A stretch of 64,000 nt of DNA, from the NCBI GenBank assembly GCA_012295275.1, contig CM022666.1, positions 9,424,001-9,488,000 on the forward strand, written 5' to 3'. The notes under the pieces were generated by a model. It searched no databases and was not told the origin of the DNA. It was given only the letters and a program-made list of their open reading frames with translations. The translations under genes and the position numbers were made by a program. Positions 1-20,551 of the stretch are shown piece by piece. This DNA comes from Chrysomallon squamiferum. Lineage: Eukaryota > Animalia > Mollusca. How positions within the stretch are numbered: position 1 is the first letter of the stretch; each line of letters starts with the position of its first letter.

Positions 1-235
1 GACGTGGTAGTAATAATAATAGTAGTAACAGACGTGATAGTAATAATAATAGTAGTAACAGTAATAGTTGCAGACGTGATAGTAATAATAATTGATAGTA
101 TAGGAGGAGAAGGAGGAGAGCAGGAGAATAGAATGGAGAACAGCACGTTAATTCACTGATACAATATTAGTATTTAAAGGAAGAGATCTTGCACTCGGTG
201 TTTTCTTACTCATTTTTATTCTGCTTTATTATCAG

Positions 236-728
236 GCCGCTGATATTGACTATCAAAGACGCTCAGGAATCTGTCCTCTTCAGTATGGAGTACCGCAACA
301 AAGGAACTTCAAGTGAAATGTACATAACGAAACTGAATGGACAGAGAGAAAAACAGTTCTCATCAAGACAGATTCCACGAAACGAGCAGTTTGAACTCAA
401 ATTTGGTTTTCAGAGAGTTGGATTTACCGTAAGTGTATTTCTCTTTACTGTTCATAGAACATGTTTCTGTCCAATCATTAATCCAATCTATAAATGCATA
501 AACACAGACACACAGACATACACACACACACACACACACACACACGCACGCACGCACACAAGGTATCGTCGTCCGCCTAATGAGAGAGAGCGGGTGTGAC
601 GTACTTTCCAGTCTCGTCATCGGCCTCTACGTGCAGAGTCTGATCATTCGTACAAAGACAGACCAGACTCATACCTAAAATACATACATAAGAAAAACAT
701 AGACACACACATACATACATACATACAT

Positions 729-800
<72 letters not shown>

Positions 801-1744
801 GTATATATATATACACATACATACACACAAACACACACACACATCCCACTTCATACACACATTCATATACATGTGTACATGACCATACGGACATACAGAT
901 TTATTCATGTATAATATGTCACGTGGCTGGAAATCACATCTACGACTTTTGTCTCGGAATTTTGCTGCGAATTGCTGTTTTTAATATAGAACAAATAAAA
1001 TAGGTGAAATGAAAAATAGATTCCTTTTCTCTCTTTTTTACGTTTTGTCTTTTCATGTCACATTATCAGCTAAGACTCTTTATTTATTTATTTATTTATT
1101 TATATGTTTTCCTTTTTGGATGTGGAAATTCAAGGGAGGTAAGTATGAAGCGGTCTTGGAGAAACACGTCATATTTTTGTATTTAAATGTTTTGAAAACA
1201 GTGGTTATATATAAATTTCATCGACATGTAACTTTACTGTCAGTTACTTAGTTTCTCGGTCATTCTGTAGTCGAAATTAGATTGAATAAAAAAACAAAAA
1301 AAAACAACAAAAAAACTGACCCGAAAAGAATTTAAAAATCAATTAATAATAATAATAATAACAATAATAATAATAATAATAATAATAAAGAATAAAACTA
1401 AACAAAAATATATGAATAATAAATAAATAAATAAATAAACAAAAAGGAAAACACCTAGGAAAAAGTGAATATAAAAGTAAAACAATATTGTGTCGCTACT
1501 TGCCTCCCTTGATTTAAAATAACGCCTGGTGACACCAACGACTGGTAACAGTTTATAAGACTTTTTAACTTGTTTCTTCTAGCGTAAACAAACAAACCAT
1601 AGCAAATTCCGAGATAAATTTCATATTTGTATTTACAAACATTGTTTTGAAGATTAACGTTTAATGTGCTTTGGTAATATTATCTAGCTGTTTCTGTTTA
1701 TTGATATTATTAATTAATTAATTAATTAATTTATTTATTATTAT

Positions 1745-1800
<56 letters not shown>

Positions 1801-2027
1801 TTACTATTATTATTACTATTATTTTATTATTATTATTGTTGTTGTTGTTATTGTTATTATTACTCTTATTACTGTTGTTATTGTTATTTCAGATAAGATA
1901 TAAAACTACAGATATCTGTTTCGATGCTGCTGGTGATCTGTACAAACGCATTCTAGATTCCAAGTTTGTCTTTTGGAACCATCCTAAATGGACAGTTAAG
2001 AAAATCCAATTTTATGAAAGCAATTAG
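236..2027 (+). CDS. 3' end (last two exons, 236-428 and 1893-2027) of a gene, possibly galectin-like beta-sandwich; 5' part lies outside the window
   Basis: Acceptor attatcag|236, donor 428|gtaagt, acceptor atttcag|1893, stop TAG at 2027. The phase-0 join is in frame: PLILTIKDAQESVLFSMEYRN...IPRNEQFELKFGFQRVGFT|IRYKTTDICF...WTVKKIQFYESN*. The alternating hydrophobic pattern recalls galectin CRDs, but the canonical H-N-R/W-G-E-R sugar-binding residues are not evident, so the product call is weak. Confidence 0.55.
1126..1515. mobile_element. MITE-like element with ~20-bp terminal inverted repeats
   Basis: aattcaagggaggtaagta (~1127-1145) is nearly the reverse complement of tacttgcctcccttgattt (~1497-1515); the interior is non-coding. 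Confidence 0.45.
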
Positions 2028-2073
2028 ACGAAATCTCTGCCTCTTTCACAATATACTTTATTACTAATATTAC

Positions 2074-2112
<39 letters not shown>

Positions 2113-3342
2113 ATAATAATAATAATAATAATAACAATAATAATATTAATTATAATAAATAACTTAATAAAATAGTTTCATTTATTTATTTATTAATTAT
2201 TCACTTTTTCTTAATTATTGTTTGATATTTTTCTTATTTCTCTTTACTTCTTTCTTTATTTGACTGATGCTGATTATTTACTTGAAATCAATGTAGAAAC
2301 ATACATATACATAGCTATGTATAAAAGAAACACACACGCACACGCACACAACACACAAAAATCCACATATACCACTACAATATGTACAGTATAAATCAGC
2401 CATACATGTAGACTTGTGTTAAATAATTAATAAATGTACCAGTCTAGTTATATGTAATAAATCGTTTATATAGCCGTTACTTTTGTTTATCTGATGCTTT
2501 AATTACGCACAGGAAATATAAAAAACCGGATATACACACGTATATACAAACATACATGTATATATCTGTATATAAAACATACAAACACACACTCACACAC
2601 AAAGGTATATGTACATGTTTGCATATCAAACACACATCCACACAAAAACACGCACAGAGATCTAAGTTTATATTCGTATATAAAAGAAAAACACAAATCA
2701 CTATACAAATATACATGTATACAATATTATCTGCCTATAAGCACAGTGATACATTAAGCGGGTTGGCGGTCATTCCAACTGCAACAATGTTGCTAGAATG
2801 ATATTTCCAGGAACATGGCCCTGAGTAAAATAATTGCCTATGTCAAAATCATCTAAATATTGGAAAAAAAAAAAAAAAAACGGAAGAAAAAAAAAGGATA
2901 AAGTAAAATAAATGATAAAATACCAAAAATTCCCCAAACAAACCCAACAACAAAAAAAAAGAAAAAAAAAGAGAAAAACAACCTTAATAACAAAAAAAAC
3001 AACAACAAACAAACACAAAAGAACAAAAATACAAAAATAAAAACCCAACAACAGACGAACACACAAAGAACAGTCCAAATCATCATCAGCAATTTCATAT
3101 CTAGGTGGATTTTTAGATAACCATGTCTTGGAAATCTTCCATACCAGTAATGAAAAAAGATGGTTTCCTGTGGTACTGATTCATTCGAAATTAATAGAAA
3201 AAAACAATATGCCTGATTTTAATTCTATTTTCGGGCTGTATTCAATTTTCGGTTACTGTGAGCTTGTTTCAGAATCTGTCTTTAATCAAAATCATGGACA
3301 CGAGTCCTCAAGGCTCCCGTTCACTGATCATGGTGTGTGGCG

Positions 3343-5230
3343 GCAGCCAGTTCTTCATCGTCTCTGTAGCACAGACTGTTTTGTCCTGTAAACCAGTTCT
3401 TCAACTTCTCTGTAGCACAGACTGTTTTGTCCTGGCAACCAGTTCTTCATCGTCTCTGTAGCACAGACTGTTTTGTCCTGTAAACCAGTTCTTCAACTTC
3501 TCTGTAGCACAGACTGTTTTGTCCTGGCAACCAATTCTTCGACGTCTCTGTAGCACAGACTGTTTTGTCTTGGCAACCAGTTCTTCATCTTCTCTGTAGC
3601 ACAGACTGTTTTGTCCTGGCAACCAGTTCTTCATCTTCTCTGTAGCACAGACTGTTTTGTCTTGGCAACCAGTTCTTCATCTTCTCTGTAGCACAGACTG
3701 TTTTGTCCTGGCAACCAGTTCTTCATCTTCTCTGTAGCACAGACTGTTTTGTCCTGGCAACCAGTTCTTCATCTTCTCTGTAGCACAGACTGTTTTGTCC
3801 TGGCAGCCAGTTCTTCATCTTCTCTGTAGCACAGACTGTTTTGTCCTAGCAGCCAGTTCTTCATCGTCTCTGTAGCACAGACTGTTTTGTCCTGTAAACC
3901 AGTTCTTCATCTTCTCTGTAGCACAGACTGTTTTGTCCTGTAAACCAGTTCTTCATCTTCTCTGTAGCACAGACTGTTTTGTCCTGTAGACCAGTTCTTC
4001 ATCTTCTCTGTAGCACAGACTGTTTTGTCCTGGCAGCCAGTTCTTCATCTTCTCTGTAGCACAGACTGTTTTGTCCTGGCAACCAGTTCTTCATCTTCTC
4101 TGTAGCACAGACTGTTTTGCCCTGTAAACCAGTTCTTCAACTTCTCTGTTGTTTTGTCCTGGCAACCAGTTCTTCATCTTCTCTGTAGCTGTTTTGTCCT
4201 ATAAACCAGTTCTTCATCTTCTCTGTAGCACAGCCTGTTTTGTCCTTAAACCAGTTCTTCATCTTCTCTGTCCTGTTTTGTCCTAGCAGCCAGTTCTTCA
4301 TCTTCTCTGTAGCACAGACTGTTTTGTCCTGGCAACCAGTTCTTCATCTTCTCTGTAGCACAGACTGTTTTGTCCTGGCCTTTTCCAGTTCTTCATCTTC
4401 TCTGTAGCACAGACTGTTTTGTCCTAGCAGCCAGTTCTTCATCTTGTCTGTAGCACAGACTGTTTTGTCCTGTAAACCAGTTCTTCAACTTCTCTGTAGC
4501 ACAGACTGTTTTGTCCTGGCAACCGGTTCTTCATCTTCTCTGTAGCACAGACTGTTTTGTCCTGGCCTTTTCCAGTTCTTCATCTTCTCTGCAGCACAGA
4601 CTGTTTTGTCCTGGCAGCCAGTTCTTCATCTTCTCTGTAGCACAGACTGTTTTGTCCTGGCAACCAGTTCTTCATCTTCTCTGTAGCACAGACTGTTTTG
4701 CCCTGTAAACCAGTTCTTCAACTTCTCTGTAGCACAGACTGTTTTGTCCTGGCAACCAGTTCTTCATCTTCTCTGTAGCACAGACTGTTTTGTCCTGTAA
4801 ACCAGTTCTTCATCTTCTCTGTAGCACAGCCTGTTTTGTCCTGTAAACCAGTTCTTCAACTTCTCTGTAGCACAGACTGTTTTGTCCTAGCAGCCAGTTC
4901 TTCATCTTCTCTGTAGCACAGACTGTTTTGTCCTGGCAACCAGTTCTTCATCTTCTCTGTAGCACAGACTGTTTTGTCCTGGCCTTTTCCAGTTCTTCAT
5001 CTTCTCTGTAGCACAGACTGTTTTGTCCTAGCAGACAGTTCTTCATCTTGTCTGTAGCACAGACTGTTTTGTCCTGTAAACCAGTTCTTCAACTTCTCTG
5101 TAGCACAGACTGTTTTGTCCTGGCAACCAGTTCTTCATCTTCTCTGTAGCACAGACTGTTTTGTCCTGGCCTTTTCCAGTTCTTCATCTTCTCTGCAGCA
5201 CAGACTGTTTTGTCCTGGCCTTTTCCAGTT
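3343..5230. repeat. 46-bp minisatellite, ~40 copies, with a ~604-bp higher-order repeat
   Basis: Unit accagttcttcatcttctctgtagcacagactgttttgtcctggca. The same ordered set of variants (ggccttttcc, atcttgtctg, ctgcagc) recurs at ~4321-4620 and ~4925-5225. Confidence 0.97.
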
Positions 5231-5670
5231 GATCTCAGCTCGCTGCTTAACGGTCACTTCGTAATTTCCACCACGAATCTATTTTGCTTCTCCAGGAAAG
5301 AGTTGATTGTCATACTAAACAACTCACCAGTCATCAGCCTGGATTGGCTCTTCATCTGACGTGCAAGCAGGGTCGGATCATCTACAGATGAGATTCCTCA
5401 GAAGTTTCTGTTTCATCAATGTCAAAATGAGGCGACCGACCTCAATGCGAGGTAGTGGAAACGAGCGATTCCAATGATGGCTGGGACAGCGGCAAACATC
5501 TGTTAATCTGAGAAACGTAATGTTTTTCCCACAATATCAACTGACTCTATCAACTCTGTGCATACTTTTCGTAAGTTGGCTCCATCAACACTGCCTGTAT
5601 TTCTTTAAATGTCTTTTTAACATAAAGCCTGTGATTACTTTTTGACATACCATCTCTTTGTTGGATCTGG
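5221..5670 (-). pseudogene. Degenerate transposon-derived coding relic (Tudor-like module)
   Basis: Minus strand reads EEPIQADDW*VV*YDNQLFPGEAK*IRGGNYEVTVKQRAEINWKRPGQNSLCCREDEE with 3 in-frame stops, preceded by TKSMHRV...ITFLRLTDVCRCP. This resembles the W-VV-YD---FPG-V...YEV...W-WP pattern I associate with C-termini of invertebrate transposase-like proteins (recognised by eye). Confidence 0.5.
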
Positions 5671-6251
5671 AAATAATATTATTTCAGAAGAGAGAGAAAG
5701 AAAGAGAGAAAGAAAGAGAGAAAGAAAGAGAGAAAAACCCATTAGAAAAAAATATATACATAATAACAATAATAAAAAAACAATTAAAAAATAAATAACT
5801 TTTTTTATTTTTGAGAATGTTGTCTCATGAACTCGAATTAGTTTTTCTTGAAACTAGCTCATGAAATGAACTGAAGGGAGTACTGAAAATCTGTGGCTAA
5901 AATATCATCATTTGACATATTTTTAAACTTTTGCCTTGACGTCTGCTAAGAGGATTAGAAGGAACAGGTTTATATCCTTTCAGATATTCTTCTCACCTTT
6001 ACATGTTTTTTTGGACGGACGTTACACCGACTGAGCACTTTGGCAACCTATTTTCAGAAAATATTTAAAATTTCCATATTCTTTATGTTGATGCTGCTGA
6101 TACTATAAACTGAATAAAACAAAGAGTCAAAGTCAGTTTGGTGTGGTAGTTTAAGATACATAATAGTCGTAATTTTTGACAGTCTGAATCCTTTAGCACA
6201 CATAACTGATATAAAAGAAAAACTACACGCACATACATGTCCCCACATTCC

Positions 6252-6373
<122 letters not shown>

Positions 6374-7739
6374 TTCTCTCTATCTATATCTAAATTTATT
6401 TCTCTCTCTCTATTTATCTATCTATCTATCTATAGTTCTGTCTATATCTATATCTATCTGTCAAGCTATCTATCAGTCTATATATGCATATGTATAGAGT
6501 GAAATAATTAATACAACACAGACGTTTATAAAATGTGTGAAATAAGTAATACAACATGAAAGTTTATAGATGTATGTTATAAATCATTTTTGTCACATAT
6601 TTCGTTGTTTATCTTATGACATGTTTATGTTGAGGAAAAGACGTGACGTCAGAACAGGAACACAAAGTTGTTAAACCACATTACAGAAATGATACCACCT
6701 TTGTGTAACGCTGTGAAAATATTCAAATGAGAAATATTTTATTGACGTTTGCATAATGTCATATAAATGGTTAATGATAATAAACTCGCTGATTTAAACT
6801 ATGAACTACTGGTTTTTCATTAGAAGGACCAATCTTGGATAAGAATATAATTAAGTAAGAAAGTAAATAAATTTAAAACAAACAAAACAAACAAACAGAC
6901 AAATTAATGAACAAAAACACAACAGAGCAAACAAACAAACAAACAAACAAATAAATAAATAAATAGGGGAAAAACACTCTCCGTAAAATAAGTTAAATAT
7001 TCACTTAAGAGTGAAGAACTGAAGAAAAATATAACTAATTTTATTTATTATTTAAAAAAACAAAACGTTTCGTCATAAAACAGGAACCAGAAACAGAACA
7101 AGAACTGATGGATTAATACTGAAAGAGTCAAAGAGAAGCGGAAGGAAGGAGAGTCGAACAGACAGAGACACAGCAAGCTAATAGACAGAGATATAAACAT
7201 AGACAGTTACACAGATTGACAGATATACATAAACACGGATATTTATACAGACTGACAGATATAAATACAGAGAATTATACATATTGACAGATATCAACAG
7301 AGACAATTATACAAACTGATAGATAGATATAAATACAGACAGTTATATTGACTGATAAATACAGACAACCACGGACATATATACAGACAGGTAGACAAAC
7401 CGTTATATAAACACAGATAATTATACAGAGTGATAGACAGATGTAAACACAATGACGTCACAGAAGATACATACAGAGAGACAGTCAGACAGACAGACAT
7501 ATAGTCAACTTGACAGACAGACAGACAGAGACACACTAATAAAATGACGGACATAAACAGATGCATAACCAGATAGACATATAGACGTACAGTTATACAG
7601 AGAGACAGACAGACTGTCAGTGCGACGGACATATGAATAGATAGTACTTTGTCAAGGATATCTATTAGAAAGAGAGAAACTGTTTTGATGAAAGAAACTA
7701 CGTCATCGCCTGCAGTGACAACGTGTCACGGTGGCAGGT

Positions 7740-7796
7740 TTGTCTGTAATGAACACACACTGCAGTCAAAGCTGCACATTTTCTTCACAAAACAAG
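7740..7796 (+). other. Probable 5' non-coding exon of the chitin-binding gene
   Basis: Consensus donor acaag|gtaagt at 7796/7797, upstream of acceptor ttttag|8934, which lies 9 nt before the ATG. The exon start is approximate. Confidence 0.5.
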
Positions 7797-8942
7797 GTAA
7801 GTTGACATTTTCAAATATGTCAGTTTTACTTCTTTGTTGTTGTTGTCGTATTCTTAGTGATTCTTTTTATTTGTATAGTTATAGTTGTAGTTGTAGTAGT
7901 AGAAGTTGTTGTCTGTATCATCATTATTATGATCGTTGTGGTTGATTTTCTTACTTTTGTTGTATTTCTGATATGCTTGTGGCTCATCTTCTGATTAATA
8001 TGAAAGCTATTTTTACTTATACTGCTACTACTACTACTACTACTACTATTACTATCACTATCACCACTACTAATACCAAAACTACTACTACTACTACTAA
8101 TATCAAAACTACTACAACTACTACTTACACTTTTAATAAAACTACTACTACACTACTACTACTACTATTGCAACTACTAATACAACTACTATTACTATTG
8201 CAACTAGTACTATTGCAACTAGTACTACTATTTATAGTACAACTAGTATTCACTACTACTACTGTTAAATCTACTCTTATTTTATTCTATACTACTACGC
8301 TATTACTGTTACTAACAGCACTGTCATCATCACTATCACTACTACTTCAACTGTTGTTGTTGTTGGCATTGTTATTGCTATTATTATTATTAATGTTATT
8401 TTTAATACTGTCATTTTGTTGTTGATGTTATATAGACATATTATTTAACATAAAACATAAACTTGATGACATTTACAAGTGTAAAATTTATAAAATAATT
8501 TACAGCAGCCACATTTGATAGCATTAGCAGCAGCCTTAGTAGTAGTAGTAGTAATAATAGTAACAGTAATGGTATAATAGTAACAGTACTAATAGTACTA
8601 TAAGTAGCAGTAGTAGAAATAATAGTAACAGTAATGGTATAATAGTAATAGTACTAATAGTAACAGTAATAGTACAAATAGTAGCAGTAGTAGTAATAAT
8701 AGTAACAGTAATGGTATAATAGTAATAGTACTAATAGTAGCAGTAGTTGAAATAATAGTAATAGTAGTAACAATATTAATAATAGCGGTACTAGTTGTTG
8801 AAGTAGTTGTAGCAGCAGCAGTAATAGTGCTAATGGTTAAGTAAAAGTAGTAGTAGTTGTTGTTGTTAATGCTGTTTCTTTTATGATAATTGTTAAATAT
8901 GATAATGTATTACGTATATGAATTAATTTTTAGGTGTTCAAG

Positions 8943-14670
<5,728 letters not shown>

Positions 14671-14806
14671 ATAAACAAAATAATAAATAAAATAGATAAT
14701 TACTTGATTTATTGCAATAAAATAAATAGAGAATGAGAGATATAAGGAGAAGGAGGGATCTAGAGACAGAGAGAAAGAAGAGAGAAGGAAGAGATATTCA
14801 ACTATA

Positions 14807-14908
<102 letters not shown>

Positions 14909-15185
14909 GATAGATAGATAGAGAAAAGAAAGAGACAGAAAGAAAGGGATACAGAAAGAGAGATAGAAAATTATAGAAAAAGAGAGAGGGAGGATCGAAA
15001 CACAGGGACAAACAAAGACAGTTTTGTTGTTTCGATTTGCTCTAGTCATGTGACAGTCAGAACTGAAGTACATTGACCATAAGCGTGAGTTTTTATGTCT
15101 AATCCAAGAAACTAAAAACAAAATTTTATTTATAAACACACATACACACAAACATACAAATACATATCTATTTATGTATCTATGA

Positions 15186-15227
<42 letters not shown>

Positions 15228-15621
15228 AGATAAATAGATACACAGATAAATAAATAGATACACACACACATACATACACACATACATACATACACACATA
15301 CACACATACATACATGCATACAAACATATATACGTACACACAGACACACTCACATTACATAACCTTTTCTATTTCTACATGAAATCCTGACCGCTGGTCA
15401 AGGTTACTGTACTAACGTGTATGAGACAGACACAATTTACGGCGGCCATTATCCGAATAGTGAATGACAGAGTGACAACAGTTTGTCAAACGTTTGACGT
15501 CAGATCTTCATAATTTTCATAATTCATGTCCTCGTATCCGTCACACTCTGTCTTGCAGGACGCCGAAAAACCGAAAATACGAACGGACGTGAATACGAAA
15601 ATCGGATATTAACGTCATAGG

Positions 15622-15765
15622 ATGTATTTTCGTTTGTGTCTTTTTCCCGTCTGTTTAGCACTGATTTCATCTCCTGTGGATGCACAGTGGAGGCAGTTCT
15701 GGGGGAATGGAGCAGCTACAAGGAGGCAACTGGTCAACTACCCAACCTGGTCAATTTTCTCAAAG
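15622..15765 (+). CDS. Orphan first coding exon encoding a signal peptide plus a Trp-rich segment; downstream partner exon unresolved
   Basis: MYFRLCLFPVCLALISSPVDA/QWRQFWGNGAATRRQLVNYPTWSIFSK followed by the consensus donor AAG|gtaagt (phase 0); upstream acceptor tcttgcag|15559. Confidence 0.65.
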
Positions 15766-15795
15766 GTAAGTTATGGTTATCTGTCTATGTATGTA

Positions 15796-15945
15796 TGTTT
15801 TAGGTTTTGAATATTCTCTGTCTTATGTACGTCTGATTAGACTCTGCACAAAGACTATATTCGGGAACGCACTGGCGCAGAAGGACAAAGTCCAATCACG
15901 ATCTCACAAACCCCTCAGAAACCGCAGACGAGACTCGAACGTATG
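15796..15945 (-). mobile_element. SINE-like repeat copy
   Basis: Matches 12262-12430 (gaatattctctgtcttatgtacgtctgattagactctgcac...gagactcgaacgta). Confidence 0.75.
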
Positions 15946-15954
15946 GCACACTTG

Positions 15955-18500
15955 GTACATATTCATAAAATTATACTATACAATGATAAAACTATACTAC
16001 ACACGTACAGTGTACACAATGATAAAACTATACTACAAACGTACACCGTACACAATGATAAAATTATACTACATACGTACAGTGTACACACTAATAAAAC
16101 TATACTACACACATGCAGTGTACAGACACTGATAAAACGTACAGTGTACATACATTGATAAAACTACAGTACACACATACAATGTATACAAAGAAAAACT
16201 AACCTACATACGTTCAGTGTACACACTGATAAACTATACTACATACGTACAGTGTACACAATGATAAAACTATACTAGACACGTACAGTGTACACAATGA
16301 TAAAACTATACTAGACACGTACAGTGTACACACTGATAAACTATACTACATACGTACAGCGTACACAATGAGAAAACTATACTATACATCTTCATTATGG
16401 AAAAAGATAAAGTATATTACACACGTACAGGATACACTATGATTACACTTACTACACATGTACGGTGTACGCAGTCATAAACCATACTACACACGTAGAG
16501 TGTACACACATTGATAAAACTATACTACATGAATGCAGTGTACATACATTGATAAAACTACACTAGACACATACAATGTACACTGATAAAACTACACTAT
16601 ACAGGTACAGAGTACACAATGATTATCTATACTATACACGTTCAGTATGCACCAAGATAATATTACTACACACGTATAGGGTACACAATGATAAAACTAC
16701 ACTAGACATGTACAGTGTAGACAGTGATAATCTACACTAGACATGTACAGTGTGCGCAGATATAAAACTATACTACACACGTACAGTGTGCGCAGATATA
16801 AAACTATACTACACACGTACAGTGTACACAACAATAAAACTATACAACACACGTACAGTGTACACAACAATAAAACTATACTACACACGTACATTGTACA
16901 CTCTGATAAAACTATACTACACACGTACAGTGTACACAACAATAAAACTATACTACACACGTACAGTGTACACAACAATAAAACTATACAACACACGTAC
17001 ATTGTACACACTGATAAAACTACACTACACATGTACAGTGTACACAATGAGAAAACTATACTACACACGTACATTGTACACACGAATAAAAGAAGACTGT
17101 AGGACTGCACACATACAGTGTATATAGTAATAAAACTATTCTAAACGCATAGTGTACACACATTGATAAAACTATACTATAGATGTATAGTGTACATACA
17201 TTGATAAATCTACACTACACACGTAAGTGTACACATACTGACAAAACAATACTACAAACGTACAGTGTACACACACTGATAAAACTATACTACAAACGTA
17301 AAGTGTACACAATAATAATCTGTACTACACGATCAGTGTAAAACTACACTATGATTACACTTACTACACACGTAGAGTGTACACATTGATAAAGCTATAC
17401 TATATGAATGCAGTGTACATACACTGATAAAACTATATCCTATAAAAGTACAGTGTACACACATTGATAAAATTACACTACACACGTACAATGTACACAA
17501 CAATAAAACAATACTACACACGTACAGTGTACATACTGATAAAATTATACTTTACATGTACAGTGTACACACATTGATAAATCTACACTACACACGTACA
17601 GGGTACACACATTGATAAGACTACACTAGACATGTACAGTACACAATAATAATATATACTAAACACGTTCAATGTGTACAAATATAAAACTATACTACAC
17701 ACGTACAGTGTGCACAAAGATAATCTATACTACGCACGTTGAGTATGCACAAAAATACTACACATGTACAGTGTACACAAAGATAATCTATACTACGCAC
17801 GTTGAGTATGCACAAAAATACTACACATGTACAGTGTACACAATTATAAAACTAAACTATATGAATGCAGTGTACACACATTGATAAAACAACACTACAT
17901 ACGTACAGTGTACACAGTGATAAACTATACTACACACGTACATTGTACACAAAGATAATCTATACAACACACGTTCAGTATGCACAAAAGATAAACTATA
18001 GTACACACGTACATTGTACACAAAGATAATCTATACAACACACGTTCAGTATGCACAAAAGATAAATTATAGTACTCATTACGGTGTACGCAATGGTAAA
18101 ATTACACTACACATGTACAGAGTACACAATTATAAAAGCTATACTACAGACGTATAATGAACATAATGGATAAAACTATTCTATACATGTATAATGTACA
18201 CAATGATAAAACTATACTATACACGTTCAGTATGCACAAATATAAAACTATACTACACACAGTGTACACAATGATAAAACTACACTACACACGTACAGAG
18301 TACACAATGATAAAATTATACTACACACATAGAGTGCACATAACGATAAAACTATAATAAGAACGTACAGTGTACACAATTATAAAACTACTACGCACGT
18401 ACAGTGTACATAATGATAAAACTAAACTATACACGTACAGTGTACACAGTGATAAAACTATATTACACACGTTCGGTGTACACGGTGATAAAATTATAGT
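15955..18500. repeat. ~36-bp degenerate minisatellite, roughly 70 copies
   Basis: Unit acacgtacagtgtacacaatgataaaactatactac; it explains the many periodic ORFs in this interval. Confidence 0.95.
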
Positions 18501-18791
18501 TCACAATAATAAACTATGCATTTTTCACTCACTGACCGTACTGAGATATAAGCAGTGTACTGTAACATGTAACGAGTGTGTACGTTTGTGCACTGATACA
18601 TGTGATGCATATTTGAAATTCTAATGAGTATCAGTTGTTTGGTGTAAGTCGTTCAATCATTGCTTGTCTCCCTTTTCCCATCTTCAGTTGCTGAGTCTCA
18701 TTCATATTTTTATCCGTTTCCTGAAAATATTAATTATTTAACAATTCTAATGTTTTATTTATTGTACAATTTCTCTCAGATAAATATTAAT

Positions 18792-18882
<91 letters not shown>

Positions 18883-19220
18883 CATACAAATTCGTAAACA
18901 CACATAAATTCTGGTATACGTAAACACACGTATGTATGCCTCAGGAACTCTCATGCATATAAAGAAACATGCCGATACACGATTAACACAGACATACAAA
19001 CATAGGCACATAAACACAAACACGCGCGCGCGCACACACACACACACACACACAAACGTAAATATGAGTGTAAATGGAAAACGTGACTGGAACGGGTTAT
19101 CCATCATAGCAGTGACAACGATTAATATGAATTTTTATGTATCTATCCTTTTTATTATTTTTATTATTACTCTGCTTAAAAGATTTAGAAACCACAGAGC
19201 TATCTTTAGAATGCATTTTA

Positions 19221-19252
<32 letters not shown>

Positions 19253-19560
19253 TGATATATATTTTTTAATGAACAAAATTGTCGTTTATGGCAAATTATT
19301 TAATTATTTTTATAAATTTAAATATAATTATATAATATCACATCTATATTGTATTATCTCTATTATGCTATTTTTAATTGCATTGTAATATATTATATTA
19401 TATTATATTATATTATATTATATTATATTATATTGTATTGTATTATATTATATTGTGGTTTTGTGTTTTGTTGTATTACATTATATTACATATTACAACA
19501 TATATATATATGTACACACAAACACACACACTCATCTTATATATGTGTGTCTGTGTAGTA

Positions 19561-19592
<32 letters not shown>

Positions 19593-20454
19593 AGTCCGCT
19601 GTATGTCTGTCAGTCTGCCTGTCTGTTTGTCTCTCTCTTTGCCAAACTGTTCGTGTTTCTCTATGCAAAAAGATAAACATTACTGCAGCCATAGGAGTGA
19701 CTAGCTTCTTCTTTCCAAAATGTCAACAAGAACTCTCCATAATTAACTTAAAAATTCCGAAAATATTATTATTCATTTAACTTATAAAATGTACATTATT
19801 TTTCTCTTTTTTCAGTTATTACTTTATGTCTGTCTTTCGTTTCTTTCATTAATTCCTTTTTTATTTTATTTTTTCAGCCTTTTCTTTTCTTCTTTCTTTT
19901 AATTTGTTTTCCTTTTATTTATTTCTATTTCCTTTCTTTCTCTCTTTCATTTCCTGTTTTGGATAAGCTGACAGATGGACTGTATTAACAACAATATTTT
20001 AAAACCGGGTTACTTAGCAATACGTTCATCATTTTTACGTGTTTGTGTGTGATCATCTTTATGTTCTGGCATCGAGTTATAACAGCCACAGCTGAAAAAT
20101 GAAATCCTTACTAGGCAACAACTTCATGTCCCACAGCTTGTGACGATAATAGCAACTACGTAAGACAGAAATATGCGCGGTTGCTAGAATACTGCAGTTA
20201 GTTAGGGACCAAACTGGTCAGTAGCCTTGGAGATGTTTTAAAATGTTTCAGACAACAAGACGCTGGCTTTTAATTATAAGCTTCGTTTTCACAGAGTACG
20301 TGATTTTATGGGAGGGTATTGACATTGAGTCACAGCTAAGTTTTTTGTTTTTCGCTGAACATTATACTTCATCATCATCTGTGAAAATGTTTTTTTTTGT
20401 ATGTTTCTTTTCACAGTATTTTAGACATTTCTCATACGTCTTAACAGTTCCTGT

Positions 20455-20551
<97 letters not shown>

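Noticed and set aside
363-908. Cys/Val/Tyr-rich ORFs here and at 9764-10122, 19349-19780, 42885-43154, 56060-56381 and similar intervals
   Set aside because: Translations of (CA)n, (TA)n, (CATA)n and (TAA)n microsatellites, not cysteine-rich proteins.
2750-3170. Possible minus-strand exon or LINE endonuclease relic (SKTWLSK..., DDFDIG..., LLQLE*PPTR)
   Set aside because: Only short motif echoes, with stops and an interrupting A-rich tract; too weak to call either way.
3343-5230. CRISPR-like appearance of the regular 46-bp repeats (also 15955-18500, 47155-47650 and 62585-63278)
   Set aside because: The units are contiguous with no unique spacers, there are no cas genes, and the context is eukaryotic; these are minisatellites.
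15773-18624. Many periodic ORFs (IKLYYTRTVYT..., YSVHNNKTILHT...)
   Set aside because: The 36-bp unit length keeps frames open by chance; there are frequent indels and stops and no splice structure.
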